From: Okamejei kenojei
Taxonomy: Eukaryota
DNA: 64,000 bases
Reading direction: 5' to 3'
NCBI GenBank assembly: GCA_035221665.1
Contig: CM069131.1
Location: 163,742,001 to 163,806,000 of the forward strand
Part shown: positions 10,920 to 24,631 of the stretch, piece by piece
How the letters are laid out: every line of letters begins with the position of its first letter
Position numbering within the stretch: position 1 is the stretch's first letter
Translations under genes and position numbers: made by a program
The notes under the pieces: generated by a model
Databases searched by the model: none
The model's input: only the letters and a program-made list of their open reading frames with translations
Told to the model about the DNA's origin: nothing

Positions 10920-13900
10920 ACTGGAAGGCATGCGACTGAATCGCTGCTTCACCTGGGAGTGATAAGTAAGGAAGAAGTGAAGGAACAGATGTTGCATCTT
11001 CTCCAGTTGTATTGGAAGTTGCCATGCGACAGGCAGTGGTGGCATGGATAGAAGAGTGGACCAGGGAAGCACAAAGCAAGCGCACCACTCAAAATGCAGA
11101 AAGGGAAGTAGAAGGAAGATGTGAGGAGTGTCATAGAGTCAGGCATCTGAGAAACAGGCTGTTCTGCACATCACGTCCATGCCAGCCATTGGACACTCAT
11201 CTGTATTAATCCAATCTTCCAGCACTTATCCCAAAGCCTTCAAACTCAGGTGATTCAAATATTCAGTTAAACACCTCTTTAAATCCTGTTAGCACCCCTG
11301 CTAATGTGGAAGTTAATAATGATTTAAAGATACAAAATGGATTCCACTGAAACTAAGACAGGCTTTCACCATCTTCTATTAAATTGCAAAGCTAGCGAAA
11401 ATGCACTAACCTTTGCTTTCAGTACATTAACAAAGCTAGCAGACTGTTGATGTTCCCTTTCCAATAACATAAGCGAGATAACAAGCACAACTTCACGAAT
11501 GTCTCCTCTACCACATAAACATAGGAGAGAATTCAGACTAACCCTTGTTCCACAAGATTATGATATGCGTCATAAAAAAACAAAATGCTTGGTCTGCAGA
11601 AATATAACCTTCTCATATAACCATATATGGCTAACCCTTCCTCTGTCAAAAGAACCAGTCAATCTTCTGATGCTGTCAATCTTAAGGATCTGTTAATCTT
11701 AAGAGACTGTACTAAACTTTATAGATAACTTATTGCTGAATCGTTGAATAGTGGGGTATATATACACATGTACTGAAATCAGTGTCCCTTTGTGTGGGAC
11801 TTCTCTCTTTAGTCTGTTATCAGCATACTGTAAAGAGTTTTTACCACACCCACCTGGCGTAATAAGAGATTACTGCTTATACTGATTTTATTTGCTTTTC
11901 TGTCTGCTTAAGAATATTTGAACCACGACATTACCACACTGTTTCTGGCAGTGCATTCCAGGTTATCACCACTCATGGAAGAAAAAAAAAGGCTGCCTTA
12001 AATACTCTCTATCTTCCACTAAATCTATGTTCTCTAGTTTTATTTACCTCTGAAAAGGGGAAAAGAATGCCTACCCTTTATATACTACTCACAATTGTTT
12101 ACACCTCATTCATATCCCCTCAGCCTCCTCCGTTCCAGGGAAAACACATCTATCTTCTTATCTTTGCTCACAACTAAAATGCTCTGTCCCAGGCAACATC
12201 CTGGTGAAACTCCTCTGCACCCTCTCCTGCAGTATCACATTATCTATCTGCTCTGACACCATCAAAGATCTTTGCACTTGCACATTAAGGGGATCATGTT
12301 GGAGCTGGAGGAAACTGCAAAAGATTTTATTAATTTGACTCGATAGCATGCAAAACAAATTTTCCCAGTATCTCGGTACGCATGACAATACTAATCCAAT
12401 ACATGTGAATGTGACGGCTGGTAGGTTGGCAGGTGAGCACCTTTGTCCCATCCAGGAGAGGTGGGCGAGAGTACAGAAGTAGTAAACCGAGGAAATGTAG
12501 ATGAAATCTACATACCCTGTGGCAGAGGTTGAGCCACATGTCAGGAAGGAGGACGTTTCAGAGGCACCAGAGCAAACGGCCTTATCCCTGGAACAAACGC
12601 AACAGAGATGAAAAACTGGGAAAAGGGAATGACATCCTTACAGGAAGCAGGGCAAAAGGATGTGCAGACACAATCGCCTGTGAGAGCCTGTGGACTTGGA
12701 AAATATATCGGAGACAGAAATCCAGAAAGAGAAGTGTCAAAGATAGACCACGTAAATGTGGAAGCAACATGGAAATTGGTATCAAAAGCATTGAAACTGG
12801 AGTTCTGTACATGTGCAGAATAAAGAAACCATCAGTGAGCTGGAGAAAGAGTTGGGGGAGTGGTCCCAAATAAAACTGAATTAAGGATTGTTACTGCGTC
12901 CAACAAAAAGAAAAGACATATCTAGGGCCCTTGTGAGTTCCATTAGCTACACCTTTAATCAAATAGAATTGAATAAAAAGGAGACTGGCTCCAGCAGAGT
13001 GGCCATTTTGGCAGTGGTTTGGCTTGAGATCCAGCTGCAGTGTTTGAGATTAAGTGACGAGGCTTTGTCAGGAGAGGCTTCAGCGAGGAGGTTAAGCAAA
13101 GGAAAGGAAAGATATATTCAACTGTCTTAGCCTTAGTCAGGAGGAAGTTATGGCAGTACCATGAATTGATTGATTGAAAGGTGAAGCACAGAAACAAGTT
13201 GTTTGGCCCACAGAGTCCACGCTGACCATTGATCACCCTTTCCCATTAGTTCTATGTGATCACACTTTTAACATCCAGTCCCTACACAAAAGGGGCAATT
13301 TTACAGAGGCCAAATAACCTACAAATCTGCACATCTTTGGGATGTGGAAGGAAACTGGAGCACCGAGTGCTGGGGTGCAGGAGGAGACTGGAGATCCTGC
13401 AGAAAACCCACGCAGGTCACTGGGAGAAAGTACAAACTCCATACAGACAGCACCCATGGTCAGGATCGAACCCGGGTCTCTGGCGGTGTAAGGCAGCAAC
13501 TCTACTGCTGCGCCACCGTGCCGCCCACTGTGTTAGTGAGCCTAAGCTCAGGAGTGAGTCATTGACGACTGCTGGCTTTAATATACTTGTAAAAAATTGT
13601 AACCTGGCAGCACTCCTGACAAAGATGAGAAATTCCCTTCCACTTACTGCCATTGATCATGTTTATTTCATATTGTGGAGTGATCAGGGATGAAACCAAT
13701 CTGGCTGATTTATATTTCTCTTACGGAAGAATCTGTCAAGATGTACAAAAAATATTTCTGGAATTGAGACTACATGTTAGCTTTGAAAGTTACCGTTTTA
13801 TGATAAGAAGAGAATTGAGAAGAGAGTTTGGAGTCTGTAGTGATGTCAGGTCTGATTTTACATTCAGTAAATCAGTTGCTGAAAGTGAACCTCTCTCTAG

Positions 13901-15568
13901 CCTATTGTTTACAGATTTTGTTGATCACCAAATGTAGAAGAAAACATGACATTCCATTACTTATCATCTGGTGCACTTTGGCAAAAATCCAAAATGTACA
14001 GAACTTATAAATTTGTTCCCATGTGTCTGAACCTTTTAGCCTTTGTGGTGGACCAAGTTACAGATTTGGGAGGTTACTGTGTGTCCCAGTTAGTTCATCC
14101 AAAGCATTTTGTAGATAGCACGCACTGCAGCCACAGTGCCATAACGGTGGGTGGAATGAATGTTAATGGCAGTGGGTAAGAGGCAATTGAGCAAGCTGCA
14201 GTTTTAGATGGAGTCAAGCTTCTTGAGTATTAATAAAACTACTCACAATTCCCAGAAAATAGAAAGTGCTCCGTCATTTTCTGACTTTGACCCCTGGAAA
14301 TCTCTGGAGTGTCACAAAGTGATTCACTTACCAAAGTCCCCAAGCTCTTGCCTTTTCTTGCAGCCACAGTTTAGTTCAGTTTAGAGATACAGCGCAGAAA
14401 CGGGCCCTTCGGCCCACCAAGTCCGCGCCGACCAGTGATCCCCGCACATTAACGCTACCCTACATACACGAGGGACAATTTACATTTATACCAAGCCAAT
14501 TAACCTACTAACCTGTACGTCTTTGGAGTGTGGGAGGAAACCGAAGATCTCGGAGAAAGCCCACGCGGTCACGGGGAGAACGTACAAACTCCATACAGAC
14601 AGCACCCGTAGTCGGGATCGAACCCGGGTATCTGGCGCTGCAAGCAGTAACTCTACCACTGCTCCACCATGCCACATTATTTATGTGGCTGGCCCAACTT
14701 ATTTTCCTGTTGGTAGTTGATCTTCAGGATGTTGATGGGGGGGATTCCTCTTAATGATGCCATTATTAATAAATGGATAGATTCTCACTTATTGAAGATA
14801 ATTATTTCCTGGTAATTTGACATTTAAATGTTGCTTGCCATTTATCAATCCATATGAAAGTGTTCACCAAATGGCTGCATGAGAATTACTGGTCATTTTT
14901 TGTTCACCATCTGACCAGCAGTGAACAGAGTTCTAGGAGAGCTCATTGTGTTCATCACATGCCCCATTTAACCGGGTTGTTAATAATGCTATAATGTGGA
15001 GCTACAGCAAAAAGATCGGTCCCAAAACATTTGGAAATTAGTTTTCACAAGAGATGCAAACCTCTTGCAGATGGATAATTTTTAAGGCAGAGATAGATAG
15101 ATCCTTGATTAGTATGGGTGTCAAAGGTTAATAGGAGAAGGCAGAAGAATGGGGTTGGGAGGAAGAGATTGATCAGCCATGATTGAATGGCAGAGTAGAC
15201 TTAATGGGCCAAATGGCCTAATTCTGCTCCTAGAACTTATGAACCTCTGGGTGTCCTGCAATATTCTTGATAACTTGATGTAAATAAAAATCCAGAATTG
15301 GAATTTGTGTTGTTTCTGCAGATTTCAATTTTAACTCCACTACGCATGAATGAAGTAAAGATAATGGCTGAAATGAAGCAATGTTGATAAATTTAAACCA
15401 GCTTGCGAGAAGCATGACACACATATTCACGGTGCAGGGCTATGTAAAGTCTCTCCAGTAACACTTTGGCAACATCACACTATTAAATTGCCAAGCAAGT
15501 AACTCAGTTGTAAAACTTTATAATGTTGTAGTTGTCGACTCAAAATCTTTTCAATTTATTCTTCTGAC

Positions 15569-15700
15569 CTCTTCCTGTTCGGTGGGTTCCTCGTCAAAGC
15601 CTTGTTGCACTGTTTGCAAACTGAACAACATCTGTTTGAGTGCTTCAACTGGCCCATGGTGCTTTCTTCCAGAAACTTCTGATGAGCCCGGATGATTTTT
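15569..15700 (-). CDS. C18orf54: C18orf54/LAS2 coding exon 5
   Basis: Acceptor TTCTTGATCTTTAG; [44 protein letters not shown] (human [18 protein letters not shown]); donor GAG|GTCAGA, phase 0 to 0. Confidence 0.9.
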
Positions 15701-15811
15701 CTAAAGATCAAGAAGAATAAGATGTCATTTTGGTAGAAACAAATAGCTGGAGTAACTCAGCGGGTTTTAGCGCCTATCTTCGGTTTAAACCAGCACCAGC
15801 AGTTCTTTCAT

Positions 15812-17457
15812 AGAAACATAGAAAATAGGTGCAGGAGTAGGCCATTTGGCACGTCGAGCCAGCACCGCCATTCAATATGATCATGGCTGATCATCCAAAA
15901 TCAGTACCCTGTTCCTGCTTTCTCCCCTTTCCCTTGATTCCTTTCGCCCCAAGAGCTAAATCTAACTCTCTCTTAAAAACATCCAGTGAATTAGCCTCCA
16001 CTGCCTTCTGTGGCAGAGAATTCCACAGATTCACAACTCTCTGGATGCAAAACATAGAAACATAGAAACATAGAAATTTGGTGCAGGAGCAGGCCATTCG
16101 GCCCTTCGAGCCTGCTCCACCATTCAATATGATCATGGCTGATCATCCAACTCAGTATCCTGTACCTGCCTTCTCTCCATACTCCCTGATCCCTTCAGCC
16201 ACAAGGGCCACATCCAACTCCCTCTTAAATATGGCCAACGAACTGGCCTCAACTACCTTCTGTGGCAGAGAATTCCACAGATTCACCACTCTCTGTGTGA
16301 AAAACGATTTTCTCATCTCGGTCCTTAAACTGTGACCCCTTGTCCTGGACTTCCCCAACATCGGGAACAATCTTCCTGCATCTTGCCTGTCCAACCCCTT
16401 AAGAATTTTGTAAGTCTCTATGAGATCACCCCTCAATCTTCTAAATTCCAGCGAGTACAAGCCAAGTCTATCCAGTCTTTCTTCATATGGAAGTCGTGCC
16501 ATCCCAGGAATCAGTCTGGTGAACCTTCTCTGTACTCCCTCTATGGCAAGAATGTCTTTCCTCAGATTAGGAGACCAAAACTGTACGCAATACTCCAGGT
16601 GTGGCCTCACCAAGACCCTGTATAACTGCAGTAGAACCTCCCTGCTCTTGTACTCAAATCCTTTTGCTATGAATGCCAACATACCATTCGCTTTCTTCAC
16701 AACCTGCTGCACCTGCATGCCTACTTTCAATGACTGGTGTACCATGACACCCAGGTCTCGCTGCATCTCCCCTTTTCCTAATCGGTCACCATTCAAATAA
16801 TAGTCTACCTTCCTGTTTTTGCCACCAAAGTGGATAACCTCACATTTATCCACATTATACTGCATCTGCCATGCATTTGCCAACTCACCCAGTCTATCCA
16901 AGTCATCCTGCAGCCTCCTAGCATCCTCCTCACAGCTAACACTGCCCCCCAGCTTCGTGTCATCCGCAAACTTCGAGATGTTGCATTTAATTCCCTCGTC
17001 CAAATCATTAATGTATATTGTAAATAGCTGGGGTCCCAGCACTGAGCCTTGCGGCACCCCACTAGTCACTGTCTGCCATCCTGAAAAGGACCCGTTCACT
17101 CCTACTCTTTGCTTCCTGTCTGCCAGCCAGTTCTCTATCCACATCAAAAGTTTATTCTTATCTCATTCCTAAATGGCCTACCCCTCATTCTTAAACTGTG
17201 ACCCCTTGTTGTGGACTCCTCGAACATCGGGAACATTTTTCCTGCATCTAGTCTGTCCAATCCCTTAAGAATTTTACATGTTTCTATAAGATCCCCTCTC
17301 ATCCTTCTAAATTGCACACAGCAAAACTGCACACAATACTCCAGGTGTGGTCTCACCAGGATCCTGTACAACTGCAGTAGGACCTCCTTGCTCCTAAATC
17401 CTCTCGCAATGAAGGCCAACATGCCATTAACTTTCTTCACTGCCTGCTGTACCTGCA
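15812..17457 (-). mobile_element. CR1 LINE (16050-17147) nested in an older CR1
   Basis: 331-aa RT C-terminal ORF 16152..17147 with (TTTCTATG)n tail; older copy continues at 15812-16045 and 17150-17457. Confidence 0.9.
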
Positions 17458-18353
17458 TTTTCTACACAAGATGTCACTTTGATTTGGTTTTGTGATTGAA
17501 GAGGCTTACCTGATTACACACTTCAAATACAAAACTAGTAATGTACAGTAGCTATCCATATTGGGAAGAAATAACTGGACTCGTTAACAATTTTTAAAAT
17601 GTTTCCTTTCCTCTTCAGAAACTGACGGGCCAGCTATCTGCTGACAGCTTTAATTTCAGATTTGCATTATTCACATTTTTCCCTTTATCTTCAGCATTTC
17701 ACACACAACAATGCATTGCTCCCTTTCATAACATCCAACAGCCCTTCTTCAAAAGCCCTTTCAGCCTCCTCTGATCTGGCAGTGTTGTCCAATATTCTAA
17801 TTTCCTTTCCTTTTCAGACTCCTTAACTGCGTGGGAGTGAAAGTAACCTGCATCTATTTGTACTACTGGTTGTAGCTGAAGAATTGGCTGTGTTACTTGT
17901 CAGTGCGCATATGCTCACAGCACTATTCTGCTTCACCAATTGGGATTGTCACAGATACAGCATTGTTTGAAGAAGAAAATGGGAAAATATATAACCAGTT
18001 ATTTTTGTAAAAACATTCTTCTGTCATTGTAATCGAGGGTTTGGAATTGAGGGTATTTACTGTGAAGAAATGAAGAACCACAGATGCTGGTTTATACCAA
18101 CACTAGACACAAAGTGCAGGAGTAACTCAGCAGGGCAGGCAGCACTATCCAGAGGTGCTGCCTTACTCGCTGAGTTATTCCGATTTGCGTTAGTCCCTTT
18201 GTTGTGATGTTTTGTGTTTGGAATGAAGGCAAAATAAAAAAAATTCTTCCCCTGAATCAACACCTTTAATTTCAATACGCACGATATTCATACATTTCAA
18301 TGTGTACAGTCTTTGTACATTAGGTGATTCACTGATTAGGTGTCAGGGGTTAT

Positions 18354-20560
18354 AGAAAGGTAACTTTGAGGGTATGAGACGTGAATTGGCCAAGATTGAC
18401 TGGCAATTAATTCTAAAAGGGTTGACGGTGGATATACAATGGAAGACATTTAAAGACTGCATGGATGAACTACAAAAATTGTTCATCCCAGTTTGGCAAA
18501 AGAATAAATCGGGGAAGGTAGTGCATCCGTGGATAACAAGGGAAATCAGGGATAGTATCAAAGCAAAGGATGATGCGTACAAAGTAGCCAGAAAAAGAAG
18601 CATACCAGAGGACTGGGAGAAATTCAGAGACCAGCAGAGGAGGACAAAGGGCTTAATTAGGAAAGGAAAAATAGATTATGAAAGAAAACTGGCAGGGAAC
18701 ATAAAAACTGACTGCAAAAGTTTTTATAGATATGTGAAGAGAAAGAGGTTAGTTAAAACAAATGTAGGTCCCTTGCAGTCAGAAACAGGTGAGTTGATCA
18801 TGGGGAACAAGGATATGGCGGACCAATTGAATAACTACTTTGGTTCCGTCTTCACTAAGGAAGACATAAATAATCTGCCTGAAATAGCAGGGGACTGTGG
18901 GTCAAAGGAGGAATTGAGTGAAATCCAGGTCAGTCGGGAAGTGGTGTTGGGTAAATTGAATAGATTAAAGGCCGATAAATCCCCAGGGCCAGATAGGCTG
19001 CATCCCAGAGTACTTAAGGAAGTAGCTCAGGAAATAGTGGATGCATTAGTGATAATCTTTCAAAACTCTTTAGATTCTGGAGTAGTTCCTGAGGATTGGC
19101 GGGTAGCAAATGTAACCCCTCTTTTTAAGAAGGGAGGGAGAGAGAAAACGGGGAATTACAGACCAGTTAGTCTAACATCGGTAGTGGGGAAACTGCTAGA
19201 GTCAGTTATTAAAGATGGGATAGCAGCACATTTGGAAAGTGGTGAAATCATTGGACAAAGTCAGCATGGATTTACAAAAGGTAAATCATGTCTGACGAAT
19301 CTTGTGGAATTTTTCGAGGATGTAACTAGTAGCGTGGATAAGGGAGAACCAGTGGATGTGGTATATCTGGACTTCCAGAAGGCTTTCGACAAGGTCCCAC
19401 ATAAGAGATTAGTATACAAACTTAAAGCATACGGTATTAGGGGTTCAGTATTGATGTGGATAGAGAACTGGCTGGCAAACAGGAAGCAAAGAGTAGGAGT
19501 AAACGGGTCCTTTTCACAATGGCAGGCAGTAACTAGTGGGGTACCGCAGGGCTCAGTGCTGGGACCCCAGCTATTTACAATATATATTAATGATCTGGAT
19601 GAGGGAATTGAAGGCAATATCTCCAAGTTTGCGGATGACACTAAGCTGGGGGGCAGTGTTCGCTGTGAGGAGGATGCTAGGAGACTGCAGGGTGACTTGG
19701 ATAGGCTGGGTGAGTGGGCAAATGTTTGGCAGATGCAGTATAATGTGGATAAATGTGAGGTTATCCACTTTGGTGGCAAAAACAGGAAAGCGGACTATTA
19801 TTTAAATGGTGGCCGATTGGGAAAAGGGGAGATGCAGCGAGACCTGGGTGTCATGGTACACCAGTCATTGAAAGTAGGCATGCAGGTGCAGCAGGCAGTG
19901 AAAAAAGCGAATGGTATGTTAGCTTTCATAGCAAAAGGATTTGAGTACAGGAGCAGGGAGGTTCTACTTCAGTTGTACAGGGTCTTGGTGAGACCACACC
20001 TGGAGTATTGCGTGCAGTTTTGGTCTCCAAATCTGAGGAAGGACATTATTGCCATAGAGGGAGTGCAGAGAAGGTTCACCAGACTGATTCCTGGGATGTC
20101 AGGACTGTCTTATGAAGAAAGACTGGATAGACTTGGTTTATACTCTCTGGAATTTAGGAGATTAAGAGGGGATCTTATAGAAACTTACAAAATTCTTAAG
20201 GGGTTGGACAGGCTAGATGCAGGAAGATTGTTCCCGATGTTGGGGAAGTCCAGGACAAGGGGTCACAGCTTAAGGATAAGGGGGAAATCCTTTAAGACCG
20301 AGATGAGAAAGACTTTCTTCACACAGAGAGTGGTGAGTCTCTGGAACTCTCTGCCACAGAGGGTAGTTGAGGCCAGTTCATTGGCTATATTTAAGAGTGA
20401 GTTGGATGTGGCCCTTGTGGCTAAGGGGATCAGAGGGTATGGAGAGAAGGCAGGTACGGGATACTGAGTTGGATGATCAGCCATAATCATATTGAATGGC
20501 GGTGCAGGCTCGAAGGGCTGAATGGCCTACTCCTGCACCTAATTTCTATGTTTCTATGTT
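18354..20560 (+). mobile_element. Young CR1 LINE, 5'-truncated, uninterrupted 697-aa RT region
   Basis: ORF 18374..20467 with KSPGPD, NYRPVSLT, DFQKAFD, PQGSVLGP, FADD; 11-bp TSD TCAGGGGTTAT at 18343-18353 and 20561-20571; no endonuclease domain. Confidence 0.97.
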
Positions 20561-20767
20561 TCAGGGGTTATGGGGAAAAGGCAGGAGAATGGGGTTGAGA
20601 GGGAGAGGTAGATCAGCCAAAATTGAATGGCGGAGTAGACCTGATGGGCCGAATGGCCTAATTCTCATCTTATAACTTATGAACTTATTAAATCAAATGT
20701 TGAGAAACAGGCAGGACATGTACAATTTGGTGAAGTTTATCCAGGCTAACCAGTCGTTTACACTGAC

Positions 20768-20873
20768 CTGATTGCAAGTATTAAAGTGGCTATGGTGAAT
20801 GTCATTGTCCTGTGCAGGGTTAGATACTTCAAAACAATCTTCTCCACTGTTGCCTACAGGCACTGGGGATTTG
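20768..20873 (-). CDS. C18orf54: C18orf54/LAS2 coding exon 4
   Basis: Acceptor CCTTTTTATTCAG, donor CAG|GTCAGT, 106 nt (phase 2 to 0); (F)KSPVPVGNSGEDCFEVSNPAQDNDIHHSHFNTCNQ (human FKSPVPV). Confidence 0.88.
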
Positions 20874-21400
20874 CTGAATAAAAAGGTAAAAATAGTTACA
20901 AAGAAATTAACAGCAAACTTATCACAAAGCTTAATTTCTCAGGTTATCCCCTTCAAGAGCATCAGATTTAGGCTTAAGTTTATTAATGTCACATGTACTA
21001 AAATACAGTGATTTTGTTTTGTTTTGCATGCTGCACAATCTAATCAGATAATACCACAAATAAATACAATCGGACCAAACTCAAGTACCATGGGTAGAGT
21101 GGAGGGAAAGGTACAGAATGCAGAATATAGTTAATCGTATTAGGTTTACAGGTACAAGAGATTTAAAGGAGTAAGTGGTGTAGTAAGTAAGTAAAGTAAG
21201 TAAGTTTATTGGCCAAGTATTCACATACAAGGAATTTGCCTTGGTGCTCCGCCCACAAGTAACAAGATAGCACACAGTGACAGTGACAGCATACAGGAAC
21301 AGCACATGCTGGTACTTACGGTAGACACAAAGTGCTGGAGTAACTCAGCGGGTCACACGGCACCACTGGAGAAAAAGGATGGGTTTATTTAGAGTCGGGA

Positions 21401-21433
21401 GTCTGAAGAAGGATCCCGAGCCGAAACGTCACC
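21401..21433 (+). ncRNA. Minimal type I hammerhead ribozyme motif at the centre of a palindromic Penelope-derived unit (21321-21492)
   Basis: GT-CTGAAGA-A-GGATC-CC-GAGCC-GAAAC-GTC-AC; catalytic core intact, one mismatch in helix II. Confidence 0.65.
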
Positions 21434-24257
21434 CATCCTTTTTCTCCAGTGTTGCTGCCTGATCCGCTGAGTGAGTCCAGCACTTTGTGTCTGGATAAAA
21501 GAGTAGGCTGATTGCATTGAATGATCGCAGATCCTCCTGTAGAGTCACCACATTCAAGGCATCAAAGGTTAAGGGGAGAAGGCAGAAGAATCAGGTTGTG
21601 GGAAAAATAGATCGGCCACGATCGAATGGTGGAACAAACTTGATGGGCCGAGAGGTCGAATTCTGCTCCTATGTCTTATGGTGCCTGTGCTTCTTGCTAA
21701 TGGAGGATCATGGATGATACCTTATACAGTGCAAATATCTGTGAGGGAATAACATGGTCAAACCTTACAACTTTTAGTTGTGTATACATGGACACATAGA
21801 AAATAGGTGCAGGAGTAGGCCATTCAGCCCTTTGAGCCAGAACCACCATTTAATATGATCATGACTGATCACCCTAAATCAGTACCCCGTTCCTGCTCTC
21901 TCCCCATGCCCCATGATTCCTTTAGCCCGAAAAGCTAAATCTAACTCTCTCTTGAAAACATTCAGTGAATTGGCCTTCACTGCTTTCTCTGGCAGAGAAT
22001 TCCACAGGTTCACATCTCTCTCCATAAAAGTTTTTCCTCATCTCGGTCCTAAATGTCCCACATACTCATTCATTTTTAAACCGTGATCCCTGGACTGGAC
22101 TCCTTCACCATCGGGAATATTTTTTCTACATCTAGCCTGTCCAATCCGTCAAGAATTTTATATTTTTCTATGATATTCTCTCATCCTTCTAAATTACAGT
22201 GAATATAAGCACAGTCGATCTAGATGGTGTCAGTTTTAGGGCAGATCAAATGAGGATTATAGCAGATCAAATGAGAATTAGCAGATTCTGTCTACTTCCA
22301 CAATCCTGGCCTTCACTCGCTTTATTTCATCAACTGATCTACCCATTACCACTCTGAGTCTTCCATTTTAGCATCCATCAGCGTAAGAAGAACATCTCAG
22401 GAATGCATGTAGGGACAATTGCCTCATATTTATTCAGTGCATCGGTCCAGCTCTTGCAACAATGTCCAAGTGGAATCCAGCTAATGGTGAATTTCAAGTT
22501 GCACCCTTCGTCATGAATCGTGCATGCGTTATTCACACGTTTTGCATATTTGGCACGCAGGGAATGATATCATTTCTCATGCAACACACCTACGCATAAC
22601 CTGCGGTTTGGGCGGTTCAGTGACGCAACGGTAGAGCTGCTGCCTCCCAGAGCCAGAGATCCTGGCTTAATCCTGACAACGGGTCGGGGCTGAGATGGAG
22701 AGGTAGATCAGCCATAATTGAATGGTGGAGTAGACTTAATGGGCTGAATGGCCTAATTCGGCTGCTATCACTTATGAACTTATGATCGCGGGAGCTCCGG
22801 TCGCCCCGACGCGGGGGCTTCGATCGCCCCGACTGCAGACGGTTTGATTGCCCCGACCATGGGAGAATAAAGAGGAAGAAGATTAGACTGTATTGCCTTC
22901 CATCACAGTGAGGAAAGTGGGGAATCCGCTGTGGTGGATGTTTATTTGACTTTTATGTAGTTGTATGTCTTGTTGCTTTTTTTTTAAGTATGGCTGTATA
23001 GTAATTCAAATTTCACTGTAGCTTAATTGGTATACGTGACAATAAACTGGCCTTGAAACCTTGAACTATGGGTGCTGTCTGTACATTCTCCCTGTGACCG
23101 TGTGGGTTTTCTCCACTTGCTCCGGATTCCTCCCACATTACAACGACGTGCATGTTTGTAGGTTAATTGGCTTCTGCAAATTGCCCCTAGTGTGTAGGAT
23201 GCAAAAGTAGGATAACATAGATGGTCGGTGTGGACCGAAGGGTGCTTGGTTTTGTTGGCTGCTTTCCTGAGGCAACGTGAAATGTAATGGCGTTTATGGT
23301 GGGGAGTTTGGCCTGTGTGATGGGCAGCTGTGAAATTGCTCCTGATCATTCTTGCTCCATTTGGAACAACCTTAACCATGCCTGAGCTATATTAGCAAAG
23401 TAGTCAGTTGGCACAGCTCTTCAGATGATGCATGTAAAAATAATTCATTAATAGCCTTTAAAAGTTCATGAAGTCGGCCCATCTCGCTTTGATAAAAAAA
23501 AACATATTTTTCAGATAGTCATCAGAGGAAAAGGTTATTGCAACACGAATACAGGATCAGAGCACATACGTCAGCTTTGAATCATTATGGTTTTCAGAAG
23601 TTTAAAAAATGAGTCAACAAAATCTTTCCTCGTCACCAGATGGCTCTGCTGCACTGCACACAATTTCTTCAAAAGCTTCAGAACAAGAGCAATTATTGTG
23701 CTGAATGTTTACGCTTCCAATTAGCTTAGAATGTTTAAAGATATAATCAAACATGAATCAAAAATCAATATACGGATAAATAAACTGCTGCTTAATTTAT
23801 CATGTGTTCTAAACACACAGCAATAGACTAAGTGAGAGACTAATACTAGTTACTCAATGCATATGAAGATGTGAAATTGTCCGTTTAGTTTAGTGATACA
23901 GAGCAGAAACAGACCCTTTGGCCCACCAAGTATTCGCCAACCAGCAATCCCCGCACATTAACACTACCCTACACACACACTAGGGACAATTTTCATTTTT
24001 ATCAAGCCAATTAACCTACAACGCTGTACATCTTTGGAGTGTGGGAGGATACCAAATATCCTCGAGAAAACCCATGCAGGTCACGGGGAGACCGTATCAA
24101 CTGCAGACAGACAGAACCCGTAGTCAGGATTGAACCCGGGTCTCTGGCGCTGCAAGGCAGCAACTCTACCGCTGCGCCACTGTGCCGCCCTGGTAGGCAA
24201 AATGTTAAAGCGCAATATCTAATTAGGAGGAGATCACAGAACGCTGCAATACAGAGT

Positions 24258-24484
24258 AACCCGAGGGGCTCTGTGTAATTTGCAAAACATTGGTACTCAG
24301 GTAAAGTAAGGACTTAAGAAAGCTGGAGTTTAAATACCACCTTAGACCACCAGAACAGAAATAATTCATTAAACCTGAGGGACTCTATGTGATTTGCAAA
24401 AAGGTTAGTACTCGGGTAAAGTAAGGAATCAAGAAAGCTGGTGTTTAAATACCATTTTAGACCACCAGAACAGAATTCATTAAA
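24258..24484 (+). repeat. Diverged tandem duplication, 2 x ~114 bp
   Basis: GGTAAAGTAAGGA...AAGAAAGCTGG...TTAGACCACCAGAACAGAA occurs twice. Confidence 0.85.
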
Positions 24485-24631
24485 GTTCAACATCAGCTTC
24501 AACTTGGTAAATACTTTGCAATGTACCACCAGACGCAAATATTTTCTGAGCTTCAAGGTTTCCAATAGATTGCGGTCTGGCTTTCACCCTATTTCATCAG
24601 AAAAGACAGGAGAAATTTGTGTTTGACTTAC

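Noticed and set aside
11305-11938. Possible solo LTR (TGTGG...CCACA)
   Set aside because: No TSD, no second copy, and the right end may belong to the host CR1
17500-17990. Minus-strand donor CAG|GTAAGC at ~17510 with purine-rich upstream sequence, a possible extra C18orf54 exon
   Set aside because: In-frame stop 15 codons upstream, no LAS2 similarity, and the gene model closes without it
19261-19805. Recurrent antisense and shifted ORFs (MPPKWITSHL..., MGYRRAQCWD..., MDNLTFIH...)
   Set aside because: Shadow frames of CR1 RT; they recur only because the LINE is repeated
23560-23730. Exon-like minus-strand segment (TAAG...AC|GTATGT)
   Set aside because: Stops in the frames read and no recognisable homology
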